Shown piece after piece: positions 38,968-49,577 of a DNA stretch of 64,000 nucleotides; position 1 is the stretch's first letter; every line of letters begins with the position of its first letter. A model generated the notes under the pieces. That model made no database searches. It worked only from the letters and a program-made list of their open reading frames with translations, and had not been told where the DNA came from. The DNA is from Candidatus Cloacimonadales bacterium (lineage in GTDB: Bacteria > Cloacimonadota > Cloacimonadia > Cloacimonadales > DAONDQ01). A program made the position numbers and the translations under genes. The stretch covers positions 2,816,001 to 2,880,000 of the forward strand of contig OY759316.1 of the NCBI GenBank assembly GCA_963662275.1. Reading direction: 5' to 3'.

Positions 38968-41019
38968 ATGAAAACATACATAACGATTGTCTGGCTGCTG
39001 TGTATAATGATTCCAGCCTTTTCTATGATGGTTTCAGAAAGAACGGGTTTACTAAGTATATCACCTTCTCAGATAACATATTTGCCCCAAGTTATCTTTA
39101 CTATCTCAGATCCTATAACAGTATCCGTTTCTAATATCGGGGATTCATCCATGCAGATTACTTCAGTTATGTTAAGTGGAACAAATCCTGAAGGATTTAT
39201 TCTGAATGATACAAATCGCTATCCTGCTACCCTTGCTGCAGGTTCAACCATGTATTTTACTGTCACTTTCCATCCGACTGTTATACTGCAGTATGAAGCT
39301 GAAATATTAATCAGTGATGATCTTACCAGAATTTACCATTCACTGCCTTTGTCAGGTTCAGGGAATCATGTTTTTATTGATGATTTTCCTTATTCAGTTG
39401 GTTTTGAGAGTACTTCTTTTCCTCCCGTCGACTGGTCTGTTGCTAATTCTGCAAACTCTCAATATGGCTGGAGGCGATCTACCTATGGAAATGCCCATAC
39501 CGGGAGTACTTATGCAGCAGCAGGTTTAAGACCTGGCAATCATTGGTTAGTTACACCATCATTTATTGTAACTTCTCAGAGTAACACATTGCATTTTTGG
39601 ATTGAGAATGGTATCGAAACACCTGATTCTGCGGCAACATCAATTGATGAATACTTGGATGTGCTTCTTTCTACCTCCACAGCAGATACTTCAAGTTTTC
39701 AACCATTTCTTCATTATACGAATTTCACTATACCCGAAACTTACCTGGAAGTAATCCATGATTTAAGCAGCTATTCAGGAACACTTGTCCGTTTAGCTTT
39801 CATGATGCATTCAACAAATGGAAAATATATATATTTAGATGATTTATCTATTTCTGGTCCTCCTGCTGGAACACTGAATCCACCAACTAATCTCAATGCT
39901 GAAGTTGAAACAAACAAAGTGTATCTGACTTGGCAGGTTCCTTCACATACAATTGAAGAACATCTGAATGGATATAAGATTTATCGGAATAACATTCTTC
40001 TCCAATCAACGAATACACCTCAGTCTGTTACCTATACAGATTCAACTGTTGCATATGGATTCTACACTTATAAAGTGAGTGCATTATATGGATCAATAGA
40101 ATCCGTTTTTTCAAATTCTGTTGGTATCGATGTTTCTTTTGGATATCCGAATCTTATCCTGGCGGATTCATTTGACAGTTATCCTGATTTTACTACTTCT
40201 CTGGGACAATGGACTAACCTTGACCTTGACCAAAGCAACACTTTCAATTTTGATGAGATTACATATCCGAATATGACGATTCCCAAGGCATTTGTGATTT
40301 TTAATCCTACTGAGACTGACCCTCCAATGACTTATCTTTCCGCACATTCAGGAAATAAGTTATTGGCATGCTTTGATAGCTCGAATCCTCCCAATAATGA
40401 TTGGTTAATTTCTCCACGCTTAAGTTTAGGAACGAATTCTTCCATCAATTTCTGGGCTAAATCCTATACTGCTTATTACGGATTGGAAAAATTTAATCTG
40501 TTAGTTTCACTGACAGGTATGAATCCCGAAAACTTCATCAGTATCACAGGTGCTGATACAGTACATGTACCTGCTGTTCAATGGGTTTTACTAAATTATG
40601 ATCTTTCCATGTTCAATAATCGTACAGTATATTTGGCAATTCAATGTGTTTCAGATTTTGCTGTAGCATTACTTATCGATGATTTAAAGATTATCAGTAC
40701 AGGAGGATCTGTCGATATTGAAGATCATGTTGTACCGACTAGCCAAACAACATTACTTGGAAATTATCCGAATCCTTTTAACCCTGAAACGACGATTAAG
40801 TTTATCCTAAAAGAGAAACAGCAAGTATCTATCGATATATTCAATACTCGCGGTCAGAAGGTAAAGACACTCATGGAAGAAACTCGGAATCCAGGAATTC
40901 AAACAGTTATGTGGAATGGGAAGGACAATGAAGATCATTCTGTAGCAACTGGAGTTTATTTCTATCAAATGAAATCTGGTAGTTATTCTCAAACTAAAAA
41001 GATGATTTTACTGAAATAA
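38968..41019 (+). CDS. Short adhesin paralog 5 (Ig-like, adhesin, Fn3, adhesin, sorting domain)
   Basis: Own signal peptide; the remainder aligns mostly to the C-terminal portion of the long paralogs. Confidence 0.88.
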   Translation: MKTYITIVWLLCIMIPAFSMMVSERTGLLSISPSQITYLPQVIFTISDPITVSVSNIGDSSMQITSVMLSGTNPEGFILNDTNRYPATLAAGSTMYFTVTFHPTVILQYEAEILISDDLTRIYHSLPLSGSGNHVFIDDFPYSVGFESTSFPPVDWSVANSANSQYGWRRSTYGNAHTGSTYAAAGLRPGNHWLVTPSFIVTSQSNTLHFWIENGIETPDSAATSIDEYLDVLLSTSTADTSSFQPFLHYTNFTIPETYLEVIHDLSSYSGTLVRLAFMMHSTNGKYIYLDDLSISGPPAGTLNPPTNLNAEVETNKVYLTWQVPSHTIEEHLNGYKIYRNNILLQSTNTPQSVTYTDSTVAYGFYTYKVSALYGSIESVFSNSVGIDVSFGYPNLILADSFDSYPDFTTSLGQWTNLDLDQSNTFNFDEITYPNMTIPKAFVIFNPTETDPPMTYLSAHSGNKLLACFDSSNPPNNDWLISPRLSLGTNSSINFWAKSYTAYYGLEKFNLLVSLTGMNPENFISITGADTVHVPAVQWVLLNYDLSMFNNRTVYLAIQCVSDFAVALLIDDLKIISTGGSVDIEDHVVPTSQTTLLGNYPNPFNPETTIKFILKEKQQVSIDIFNTRGQKVKTLMEETRNPGIQTVMWNGKDNEDHSVATGVYFYQMKSGSYSQTKKMILLK

Positions 41020-41395
41020 ACTAAATCCGGTTTAACCCCGAGCCTCTTTTGCCAGATTAAATACAATTAGCACTTTTTTTATTCTCAACTCAATGCTTAG
41101 TGAAAGCATCAAGTTAATCATTTAATTATCGAAAATATTAATTGCCTAGATGGATTTATATTGACCTTATATGTAAACGCATTTATCTGTATTCAGAATA
41201 AATTCCGAAGTAAATTAGATTTGTTTATTACATAGGTTTGAACTTCCCTGATAAGTATTTTCGCTACCGAGGATGAAAGGTCGTATCAATGAAGTCCACT
41301 TGCCCTTTTAGCTACTTTCTCATCGAAATTTATCTAGGGCAAATGAACTCCAGATACTCAGCATTCTTGTAAAGTCATACAAAAGGAGACCTTAG

Positions 41396-44300
41396 ATGAA
41401 TATCTTTAAAAAACTCCTGATGCTTATACTATTTATTAATTTATTTGTGTCTATCTTCGCAACAACAATTACAATCGGAACAGGAACGACAATATCCAGG
41501 CGCCCTTTAGCCTGTTATTATGGTTATGAACGAAGTGCAAATCTGTTTCTCGCTTCGGAAATTGGTATGACTGGATACATCACTGACCTGGCATGGTATG
41601 CAACATTAAACCAATCCATTTCGATTCCAACTAAAATATATTTAAAAACGATTACGGATACTACACTGACATCTGTTTCCTGGGCGACGCTAATTTCTGA
41701 TGCAACTCTTGTTTTTGATAGTAATGTTCGTGATTTTACAGCGAATACCTGGAAAGTTGTTGATATCAATGACTGGACATTGACGGTAGGGAATCTCTTG
41801 GTTCTTACAGAATGCAATTATGGGGAAGAGGGTACAGGTAGCAGTAATGGAGCTGGTTTTACGAATACAACGATGTCTTCTAATCTTACTTCTTTCTTAT
41901 ATCAAGATGATTATTTACCTTCAGGCAATATGAGTCTATCTCATGTTCGTCCGAATATCAGAATGAATATTTCTACTCAAATATGTCCTGCAGTATTCAG
42001 TATGTATCCTACAGCGATTGATTATGGGCAGGGCTTTTTGAATCTGACTTCATCTCCCACAAACGTTTTCGTAACTAATAGTGGTGGAACTGCTATGACC
42101 ATCGTTTCTGCTGTATTAGGAGGGGAAACACCCAGTGGTTTCATTGTGAATGATTCCAACACTTATCCGGTTACTCTTAATCCTGGAAGCAGGATGAGTT
42201 TTACTATCCAGTTCAGCCCAACGATAGCTCAGCAATATTCAGCTTCAATAACATTCATCGATGATCAAAGCCGAACATCACATATACTCCCTTTAAACGG
42301 TATGGGTTTAGATGTTTCCATTAACACATTTCCCTATACTGAAAACTTCGATGGAACTATATTTCCTCCTCTTGGCTGGACAAATTATCGGGTACAGGGC
42401 TTAAGTGAACCAGGCACTTGGGAACGCCAGATTCATGGCACTTATCCGACTTGTCTTCCTCATTCGGGAACAGGAATGGCTCTTTATCGTTGTTATTCCT
42501 TGTCAAATGATAACCAGGGTGCATTAGTATCACCACCACTCAATCTCCCTGGTAATAATTACCGTGTAAAATTCTGGATGTATCGTGATGATAATTTACC
42601 TGAGACGATGTATGATAATGAAATGGTCAGTGTTTGGCTGAATTCAGCGCCTGATATGATTGGAGCTGATTCCCTTGGTGTAATTCACCGGAGACTTGAT
42701 CTGTCACCTGTAGAATCTGTAAATGGCTGGTATGCGTATACCCTGAGTTTCCCCCCTACAGCCACAGGCACAAAATACGTGATCTTTAAAGGGCATAGCT
42801 GCACCGGTTATAATATATATATTGATGATGTAACCTTCGAAGTGCAGCCTATAGGTTCTCCATTTCCTGCTACTTTGATTGCACCCTTGAATGGATCGGT
42901 AAATCAAGAAATAACGACTACTCTTAATTGGTGGGCTGATGGTTCTGGACCATCACCGACTTCATTCCGTTTATCGATCGGAACTGACAACCCTCCTACT
43001 AACCTTCTCAATAATTATAATGTCTCATATACAATGTCCTATTCACCAACCCTGCAATATGAAACTACTTATTACTGGCAGGTTATACCATGTAATGCCG
43101 TAGACCAAGCTGCGAATTGTCCTGTATGGTCATTTACTACAATTGCTGATCCAACAGTCACGAATTTCCCTTACTTCCAGAATTTCGATGGAGTCGAAGC
43201 CCCAGAGCTTCCGGAAGGTTGGTCAAAGATACTAGTTTCACCCAGTCCTAATGCACAACTTGAGACAATTATCAATGGGAATCCTCATTCTTATCCCAAC
43301 CATGTTTATTTTCGCACTTCTGGTGATTCTACCGCTAGTCTAATTCTAGTTTCACCTCCAACACCAAACCTGGTATCTACCAGGATACGATTTTGGGCTT
43401 ACGGTTCGGATGGAATTAACCTTATTGTTGGAACAATGTCAAATCCAGCAAATCCTTCATCATTTACTCCTTTTCAAACGATTACATTACATCAGTGTTA
43501 CAGAGAATATAACTTATCTTTTAACGGATATAATGGGTCTGATAGATATATCGGGTTCAAACCTGGTAATCCAGGTATATTTGAAGAAGTATTATTAGAT
43601 GATTTTACTTGGCAATTAATACCTACCGGATCTGAAATCGAAGTGGATCAGGAATGGATTAATTACAGCTTAGTCCATGCAAATGCAACTGCAACAAAAC
43701 CGCTCATAATCAGAAATACAGGTTTGAGTAATTTAAGCTTTTCTGTATCAACCACCTATCCTACAATTACTACAGATTGTGTCGGAACACAAACTCTTTC
43801 ACCAGACAGTTCACAGATATGCGACATCACCATACATCCTACTCTCGAAGGCGATTTTTACGGATCAATCCACATTAATTCCAATGATTCACAAAATCCT
43901 AACCTGGAAATACCTATCGGCGCCACAATACTCCCTGCACTGCCACCAGGTATAGTTGAAGTGGGGGTTGGGACTCTCGAGAATTTAAGTATCCCTACCG
44001 ATGAATATAGCAATCATAGCTTTTCCCAAACGATTTATCTGCAACAGGAATTGAACCAACCGAATAGCCAAATTAATTCTGTGTTCTATCAATATGATGG
44101 TGTCTCTTCATGGGCTGATTCCATAAGAATTTTCATGGGGCATACGACACAAGCACAATTTTTATCCTCAACTGACTGGATACCTGAAAGTGAATTGACG
44201 CTTGTTTATTCAGGATTGTTGCAAGTCTCGTGTTATCAGCTCGGGTGGGTTGAATTACCACTCCAGGATCCATTTATCTATGACAATGTGAGTAACCTCG

Positions 44301-46525
44301 TCATTTGCGTTGATAAGGATATGGGGCATCATCATTTTTATTATGATACTTTTTTTTGTACTGACACAGTATCAAATCGAAGTCTTGAACAGCATTCAGA
44401 TTATGATAACAGTTCAGTCATAGCTCCTTTCGCGGGTAATTTGAGAATGGCGGTTCCTAATACACGTTTATTGTTCCAGGTTTTGACTAATGAACCTATA
44501 ATCTCACTGGCACCTTCTACAGTGAATTTCGGGCAAGTGAATGTGAATAGCGCATCTGAACCAATCGATATTCGGATCAAGAATATTGGTGGTGGAGCAT
44601 TGACAATTACACAACCTGTTACTCTAGCAGGAGTGGATGAAGCTCAGTTTACTTTGACAGATACAAATACTTATCCCCAGATATTGGGGCGGGGACAAAG
44701 CTGTTTAGTGTCAGTCACATTTCAGCCTACAACAGAAGGTTCTAAGAATGCTGAATTGAATGTAACTGATGACTTAAGAACATCTCGCAACTCCATCCAA
44801 TCATTCAGCAGACAGCAAAATATGAACAGATTACTTCATTCGATACCAATATTCGGTTTAGCTGGTATTGACATCATTACAGAATTCCCCTATACTCAGG
44901 GTTTTGAAGATGTAACTTTTCCGGATAACCCTTGGAGGGTAGACAATGAAGCTAATCCTGAACAGGGATGGCGTAGAGAGTCAATTGTTGGAAGTAGCCA
45001 CAATGGGGAAGCATATGCTATAACAGGTACGATGCCTGGAAATCACTGGCTCATTACCCCCCCTTTCCTGGTTACAACGGAGAGCAATACCTTGCGTTTT
45101 TGGCTAAAAAATGACACAGAGACTCCTGATGATGCGGAATCATCCGTTACGGAATATATGGATGTCTTACTCTCTACTTGCACTTCAGATACGGCTAGTT
45201 TTAATACATCCTTGATGCAGTTTACGAACTTCAACATTCTTGAAACCTACCAGGAATTTTTAGTGGATTTGAATAATAATATAGGAAATGTGGTTCGTGT
45301 TGCATTTATGAGACATTCGACAAATGGCAAATTAGTTTTTCTTGATGATTTTTCAATTTCCATGCCACCACCCGCTGCATATAATCCACCTACTAATCTG
45401 AGTGCTTTATTAGAAATAAACAATGTTCACTTATCCTGGCAAATTCCTGTGCATCAGATTAGTGATCATCTTTCAGGATACAAAATCTACAGGAATGATG
45501 TTCTCCTGGATACGCTGATGAATCCACTTGCGGTTTCATATACGGATTCAACTGTATCTTACGGATTCTACACATATAATGTGAAGGCAATCTATGGACA
45601 AACAGCATCAGTGTATTCAAATTCATTTAGCCTGGATGTGACTTTTGGCTATCCTAATCTTATCTTTGCTGATTCATTTGATAGTTATCCCGATTTTTCA
45701 ATGTCCTTCGGACGATGGAGTAATGTAGATGTTGATCAGAGTAACACCTTCAATTTTGATCAAATATCATATCAGAATATGACAATTCCCAAGTCATTTA
45801 TGGTGTTTAATCCTAACGCTACAAGCCCCCAGATGAGCTATCTGTCACCCCATTCAGGGTATAAGATGCTGGCATGTTTTGATAGTTCTAATCCTCCGAA
45901 TAACGATTGGTTAATTACACCACACGTTCGGTTGGGCACAAATTCATCTATCTCTTTTTGGGCAAAATCTTATACTGCTTTTTACGGATTGGAAAAATTC
46001 AATTTCCTTATTTCCCAGTCAGATATGAATCCGGCAAGTTTTATCAGCATCACAGGAGCTGATACTGTGAGTGTACCTGCTAATCAATGGGTTCTATATA
46101 ATTATGATCTTTCCTTATATAACAACCGCTCCGTGTATATTGCAATTCAGTGCGTATCAGATTTCGCGGCAGCATTACTGATTGATGATGTCAAGATTGT
46201 CAGTAACGGCGGATTTGTGGGTACTGATGATCCTGTCGTACCGGTAAATAAATTAGCATTACTTGGCAATTACCCAAATCCCTTTAATCCTGAAACGACA
46301 ATTAAGTTTACTCTTAGAGAGAAAAGAAAAGTATCTATCGATATCTTCAATACACGTGGACAAAAGGTGACAACGCTCCTGGATGAAGTTCGGAATGCGG
46401 GAAATCAATCTGTCATTTGGAACGGGAAAGATGAATATGGACATCCAGTTGCCAGTGGAGTCTATTTCTACCAGATGAAAGCCGGAATCTTTTCACAAAC
46501 GAAGAAGATGGTGCTTCTTAAATAA
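41396..46525 (+). CDS. Modular surface adhesin-like protein, paralog 6 (1709 aa)
   Basis: AAGGAG ribosome-binding site; shared motifs; GNYPNPFNP...KMVLLK. Confidence 0.9.
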   Translation: MNIFKKLLMLILFINLFVSIFATTITIGTGTTISRRPLACYYGYERSANLFLASEIGMTGYITDLAWYATLNQSISIPTKIYLKTITDTTLTSVSWATLISDATLVFDSNVRDFTANTWKVVDINDWTLTVGNLLVLTECNYGEEGTGSSNGAGFTNTTMSSNLTSFLYQDDYLPSGNMSLSHVRPNIRMNISTQICPAVFSMYPTAIDYGQGFLNLTSSPTNVFVTNSGGTAMTIVSAVLGGETPSGFIVNDSNTYPVTLNPGSRMSFTIQFSPTIAQQYSASITFIDDQSRTSHILPLNGMGLDVSINTFPYTENFDGTIFPPLGWTNYRVQGLSEPGTWERQIHGTYPTCLPHSGTGMALYRCYSLSNDNQGALVSPPLNLPGNNYRVKFWMYRDDNLPETMYDNEMVSVWLNSAPDMIGADSLGVIHRRLDLSPVESVNGWYAYTLSFPPTATGTKYVIFKGHSCTGYNIYIDDVTFEVQPIGSPFPATLIAPLNGSVNQEITTTLNWWADGSGPSPTSFRLSIGTDNPPTNLLNNYNVSYTMSYSPTLQYETTYYWQVIPCNAVDQAANCPVWSFTTIADPTVTNFPYFQNFDGVEAPELPEGWSKILVSPSPNAQLETIINGNPHSYPNHVYFRTSGDSTASLILVSPPTPNLVSTRIRFWAYGSDGINLIVGTMSNPANPSSFTPFQTITLHQCYREYNLSFNGYNGSDRYIGFKPGNPGIFEEVLLDDFTWQLIPTGSEIEVDQEWINYSLVHANATATKPLIIRNTGLSNLSFSVSTTYPTITTDCVGTQTLSPDSSQICDITIHPTLEGDFYGSIHINSNDSQNPNLEIPIGATILPALPPGIVEVGVGTLENLSIPTDEYSNHSFSQTIYLQQELNQPNSQINSVFYQYDGVSSWADSIRIFMGHTTQAQFLSSTDWIPESELTLVYSGLLQVSCYQLGWVELPLQDPFIYDNVSNLVICVDKDMGHHHFYYDTFFCTDTVSNRSLEQHSDYDNSSVIAPFAGNLRMAVPNTRLLFQVLTNEPIISLAPSTVNFGQVNVNSASEPIDIRIKNIGGGALTITQPVTLAGVDEAQFTLTDTNTYPQILGRGQSCLVSVTFQPTTEGSKNAELNVTDDLRTSRNSIQSFSRQQNMNRLLHSIPIFGLAGIDIITEFPYTQGFEDVTFPDNPWRVDNEANPEQGWRRESIVGSSHNGEAYAITGTMPGNHWLITPPFLVTTESNTLRFWLKNDTETPDDAESSVTEYMDVLLSTCTSDTASFNTSLMQFTNFNILETYQEFLVDLNNNIGNVVRVAFMRHSTNGKLVFLDDFSISMPPPAAYNPPTNLSALLEINNVHLSWQIPVHQISDHLSGYKIYRNDVLLDTLMNPLAVSYTDSTVSYGFYTYNVKAIYGQTASVYSNSFSLDVTFGYPNLIFADSFDSYPDFSMSFGRWSNVDVDQSNTFNFDQISYQNMTIPKSFMVFNPNATSPQMSYLSPHSGYKMLACFDSSNPPNNDWLITPHVRLGTNSSISFWAKSYTAFYGLEKFNFLISQSDMNPASFISITGADTVSVPANQWVLYNYDLSLYNNRSVYIAIQCVSDFAAALLIDDVKIVSNGGFVGTDDPVVPVNKLALLGNYPNPFNPETTIKFTLREKRKVSIDIFNTRGQKVTTLLDEVRNAGNQSVIWNGKDEYGHPVASGVYFYQMKAGIFSQTKKMVLLK

Positions 46526-46549
46526 AAATTAAAAATTAAAGATTAAAAA

Positions 46550-46962
46550 TTGGCAGAAGAAGAGAAGAAGGAAAAAGAACTGATCCAGAATAGTCGTATC
46601 TGTTTCCTGGGAACCAATCATAACGACGGTTATCCTCGCATGAAAGCTATGCTCAACACAAAACATGAAGGTATCGAAAAAATCTGGGTACTCACCAATA
46701 CCGGTTCAAAACGCGTAGCTCAATTGCGTGATGACACAAAGGCTTCCATCTACTTTATGGATGAAACAAGGTTCATGGCTTACTCCTGGTTAGTGATATC
46801 ACCTTACGGTTCGATCGGGAAGCTCGGAAAATGATGTGGAAGCCCGGTTATACCATGTAATATCCCCAGGGAATCGATGACCCTGATTATGCAGTTCTTG
46901 AGTTTACCACCCGCCTGGGGAACTACTACCATGGCTTGACCAATGTGGATTTCACTATGTAA
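46550..46962 (+). pseudogene. Pyridoxamine 5'-phosphate oxidase-like / general stress protein pseudogene
   Basis: DGYPRMKAML..TNTGSKRV..ASIYF; frameshift near 46778, continuing LLLV..MMWKPGYTM*YPQGIDDPDYAVLEF..NYYHGL with an in-frame TAA at 46858-46860. Confidence 0.8.
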
Positions 46963-46992
46963 TTCGATTCTTCAGCCATGCAATCCTTCTGA

Positions 46993-47150
46993 TCTGCCAA
47001 TCTTCCATCTTCCATCTTCCATCTTCCATTCTGCTGGCCCTGATCTGCCAATCTTCCATCTTCAAACTTCAATCTTCAATTCTTGAACTCTACTCTGCCA
47101 TTTTAATTTTGAATTTTTAATTTTTAATTCTCATCACTCCCCTTTTCCAC
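46993..47150 (-). repeat. Three heptamer arrays, each capped by TGGCAGA on the minus strand
   Basis: TCTGCCA(ATCTTCC)n at 46993 and 47044; TCTGCCA followed by TTTTAAT-like units at 47094. Confidence 0.8.
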
Positions 47151-47171
47151 TTGAATCGCTCTTTTAACAGA

Positions 47172-47279
47172 ACAACAGCACAACCGCTACACTACCGCAG
47201 GACCACCGCAGCAGAACCGCAGGGAGGAGCGGTTGTGTTTTGTTTGTTTGGTGGTTTTTGTCTGTACTATTACGGTGGT
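47172..47279. repeat. 11-bp-period repeats with an inverted arm
   Basis: ACCGC at 47183, 47194, 47205, 47216; inverted GCGGT at 47229; CACAACCGCT pairs with AGCGGTTGTG. Confidence 0.7.
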
Positions 47280-47445
47280 ATTAAAAGACACTTATGAGGG
47301 GTTATCTTAAGCCAGAAAATAGCATGGAGTGAGGAAATTAGATGGAGATTTGTGAAGCTGCTGAGGCAATAGTGTACTTTGTAGGGATTGGTGGCAAGGG
47401 AAGATGGCTATGCTTCTGCTGGAACGCTTAATTCATTAGGCTGAT

Positions 47446-47483
47446 TTCGAAGTTCGATGTGCGAAGTACGAAGTTCGAAGTTG
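47446..47483 (+). repeat. Heptamer array (TTCGAAG-type), 5 units
   Basis: ttcgaag ttcgatg tgcgaag tacgaag ttcgaag. Confidence 0.75.
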
Positions 47484-47540
47484 CAGATGCATAGCCGGTT
47501 GAAAACGGCGTTCCAACCGCGTAAATGCGGAGCTACGGCG

Positions 47541-48470
47541 CTACACGGTAATCGCCACTCCCCCACGTTTATGTCCTTGTTCCACATACCTGGTTGCTTC
47601 GACGATCTGTTCCAGGAGATAGTTTCTATCGAGAACAGGTTTGAAATACCAGGCAATGATCATCTGATTCAGGAAAGCAAGTCTTTCGGATTTGAGTTCA
47701 AGTTTCCCATCATCGATCGAAGTGTATATTCCACCTGGGTTTAAAGCTTTCCTGCACGCTCTTTTCAATTCAGAAGTTCTCCGTTTGCCCACTGCATCAA
47801 GTATAAAATCATAATGTTCTCCAGGTTTGAATGAATTCACTTTCGTGTAATCGATGACTTTATCAGCTCCCAGTGCTTTCACAAATTCCAGGTTCTTCGT
47901 ACTGCAGATTCCGGTCACTTCTGCCCCCATATATTTGGCTATCTGCACTGCTGTTGTACCTGTAGTGCTGGAAGCTCCGTAGATCAGTACTTTTTGTCCG
48001 GATTTGATATTTCCCTTTTCCATCTGCTGAAGAGCTAAGAGTCCCCCATAGCCGGCAGCAGTTGCTTCTTCAAAAGTGATATTAGTTGGTTTTATACCCA
48101 GACAGCCGTAGGTTGAATCGGTTGCTTTCATGCATTTATACTCTGCATAGCCACCGAACCCAAAGCCTGTCAGACCATATACCTGGTCGCCTGGTTTGAA
48201 TCTTGAGACATCTTTACCTACAGATTCAATTTCTCCAGCCAGCACTTCACCCAGGATAGGTTGTCTCGGTTTGAAAAAACCCAGCATCAGTCGCATGGGA
48301 ATCCAATATTGAATCGATATTTTAGAGCCCCGAACGAAGATATCACTATCGGTTACTGCTGTCGCTTTGATTTTGATGCATACTTCATCATTACGGGGGA
48401 TGGGCTTTTTCACTTCTTTGATTTGCATAACTTCGGGTGGACCATATTTAGTGTAGATGACGGCTTTCAT
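47541..48470 (-). CDS. NAD(P)-dependent alcohol dehydrogenase / quinone reductase-like (MDR family)
   Basis: MKAVIYTKYGPPEV, GGYAEY, GQKVLIYGAS, LGADKVIDY. Confidence 0.92.
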   Translation of the reverse strand: MKAVIYTKYGPPEVMQIKEVKKPIPRNDEVCIKIKATAVTDSDIFVRGSKISIQYWIPMRLMLGFFKPRQPILGEVLAGEIESVGKDVSRFKPGDQVYGLTGFGFGGYAEYKCMKATDSTYGCLGIKPTNITFEEATAAGYGGLLALQQMEKGNIKSGQKVLIYGASSTTGTTAVQIAKYMGAEVTGICSTKNLEFVKALGADKVIDYTKVNSFKPGEHYDFILDAVGKRRTSELKRACRKALNPGGIYTSIDDGKLELKSERLAFLNQMIIAWYFKPVLDRNYLLEQIVEATRYVEQGHKRGGVAITV

Positions 48471-48480
48471 GAATCACTCC

Positions 48481-48550
48481 AATTAAAAATTAAAAGTTAA
48501 AAATTAAAAGTTGGCAGAGCTTGCATAAATTAAGAATTAAAAATTGAAGA
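48481..48550 (+). repeat. Heptamer array (AAATTAA-type) with TGGCAGA cap
   Basis: aattaaa aattaaa agttaaa aattaaa agttggcaga; a similar array lies at 46523-46557. Confidence 0.7.
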
Positions 48551-48581
48551 GAAGAAGCGTACGAAGCCCTGAGTTCTTCAA

Positions 48582-49208
48582 TTAATCCGTGTTTGCAGTT
48601 GCTAATTTCCTGGCAAATACCTCAGCCTGCTCCAGGTCATTTTTGTTCGGTCTGCCCTTGTTCATTCCGCCAAACAGTTTCAGGAAACTGTTGTCATTGA
48701 ATCCCGGGCAATTGAATTCACTAACCACCTTATAGCCTTTGGCTTGCAGCTTATCACGTAACGCATTATGCGGATCATCGATCTTATTACGCATTGTGAT
48801 AGCCCTTGAAATACCGCTGGTGGAGAAGAGGAATACCTTTTTCCCCTTGCCATTGGAAAATGAATCGGCAAGTGTCAGAAGACTGGCGTGATGCTTCTGA
48901 TCGTAAATACCGGAACCGAACCCGATAAGATCGTATTGCTGCAAGTCTTCAGGCTTCACTTCCCTGGGGGATTTGACATCTGCATTTAGCACTTCCGCAA
49001 GGACATCGGCAACTTTAGCGGTATTCCCATGGAACACCGAAATCAGTATGATCAAGGTTTTCTGTTCTCCATGCTTCATATCTCCTCCCTTTGATTGAAC
49101 TATTGTTTTTCCTGTGTTATTCTCCGCAGCGATAAGTATCGAAGGAAATGATAAAAGACAAAATAGACCCGCAAGTAAGAGCATTATGCTTGAGCTGTGC
49201 CGGTTCAT
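48582..49208 (-). CDS. Flavodoxin family protein (alternative start at 49079)
   Basis: SVFHGNTAKVA, LIGFGSGIY, FLFSTSG, GGMNKGRPN. Confidence 0.88.
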   Translation of the reverse strand: MNRHSSSIMLLLAGLFCLLSFPSILIAAENNTGKTIVQSKGGDMKHGEQKTLIILISVFHGNTAKVADVLAEVLNADVKSPREVKPEDLQQYDLIGFGSGIYDQKHHASLLTLADSFSNGKGKKVFLFSTSGISRAITMRNKIDDPHNALRDKLQAKGYKVVSEFNCPGFNDNSFLKLFGGMNKGRPNKNDLEQAEVFARKLATANTD

Positions 49209-49450
49209 ATACTTTTCCCCTTGAGTGTTCTGGTAGTTTGTTTCTTCTCTTTCATATGTAACCTCGCATAATTTCTTCACCAACCTGAAATGTAGTAACA
49301 AAAGTTTATAAAGTCACCAGTCTTTCATTCCTGCTTCGTTTTGTTTGGAAAGCCGGCGTACCTGCATTAAGCAAGTAGAAGTCTTTATCGTGTTGGTGTT
49401 ATAGTCAAGTAATACAGTACCACAAAAAGAGTCAAGATTTATTTTGTTCT

Positions 49451-49497
49451 GGCACCTAGAACCTATCACCTAACACCTAATCTCCAGCACCTAATCC
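49451..49497. repeat. Degenerate CTARCAC-type heptamer array
   Basis: ggcacct agaacct atcacct aacacct aatctcc agcacct. Confidence 0.7.
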
Positions 49498-49577
49498 CTT
49501 CTGCACAAACATTTCTCTTGCCTATTTCATTTTCATTGTTAAATTGGATATATAGAAACAATTAAAGAGAGGTAATC

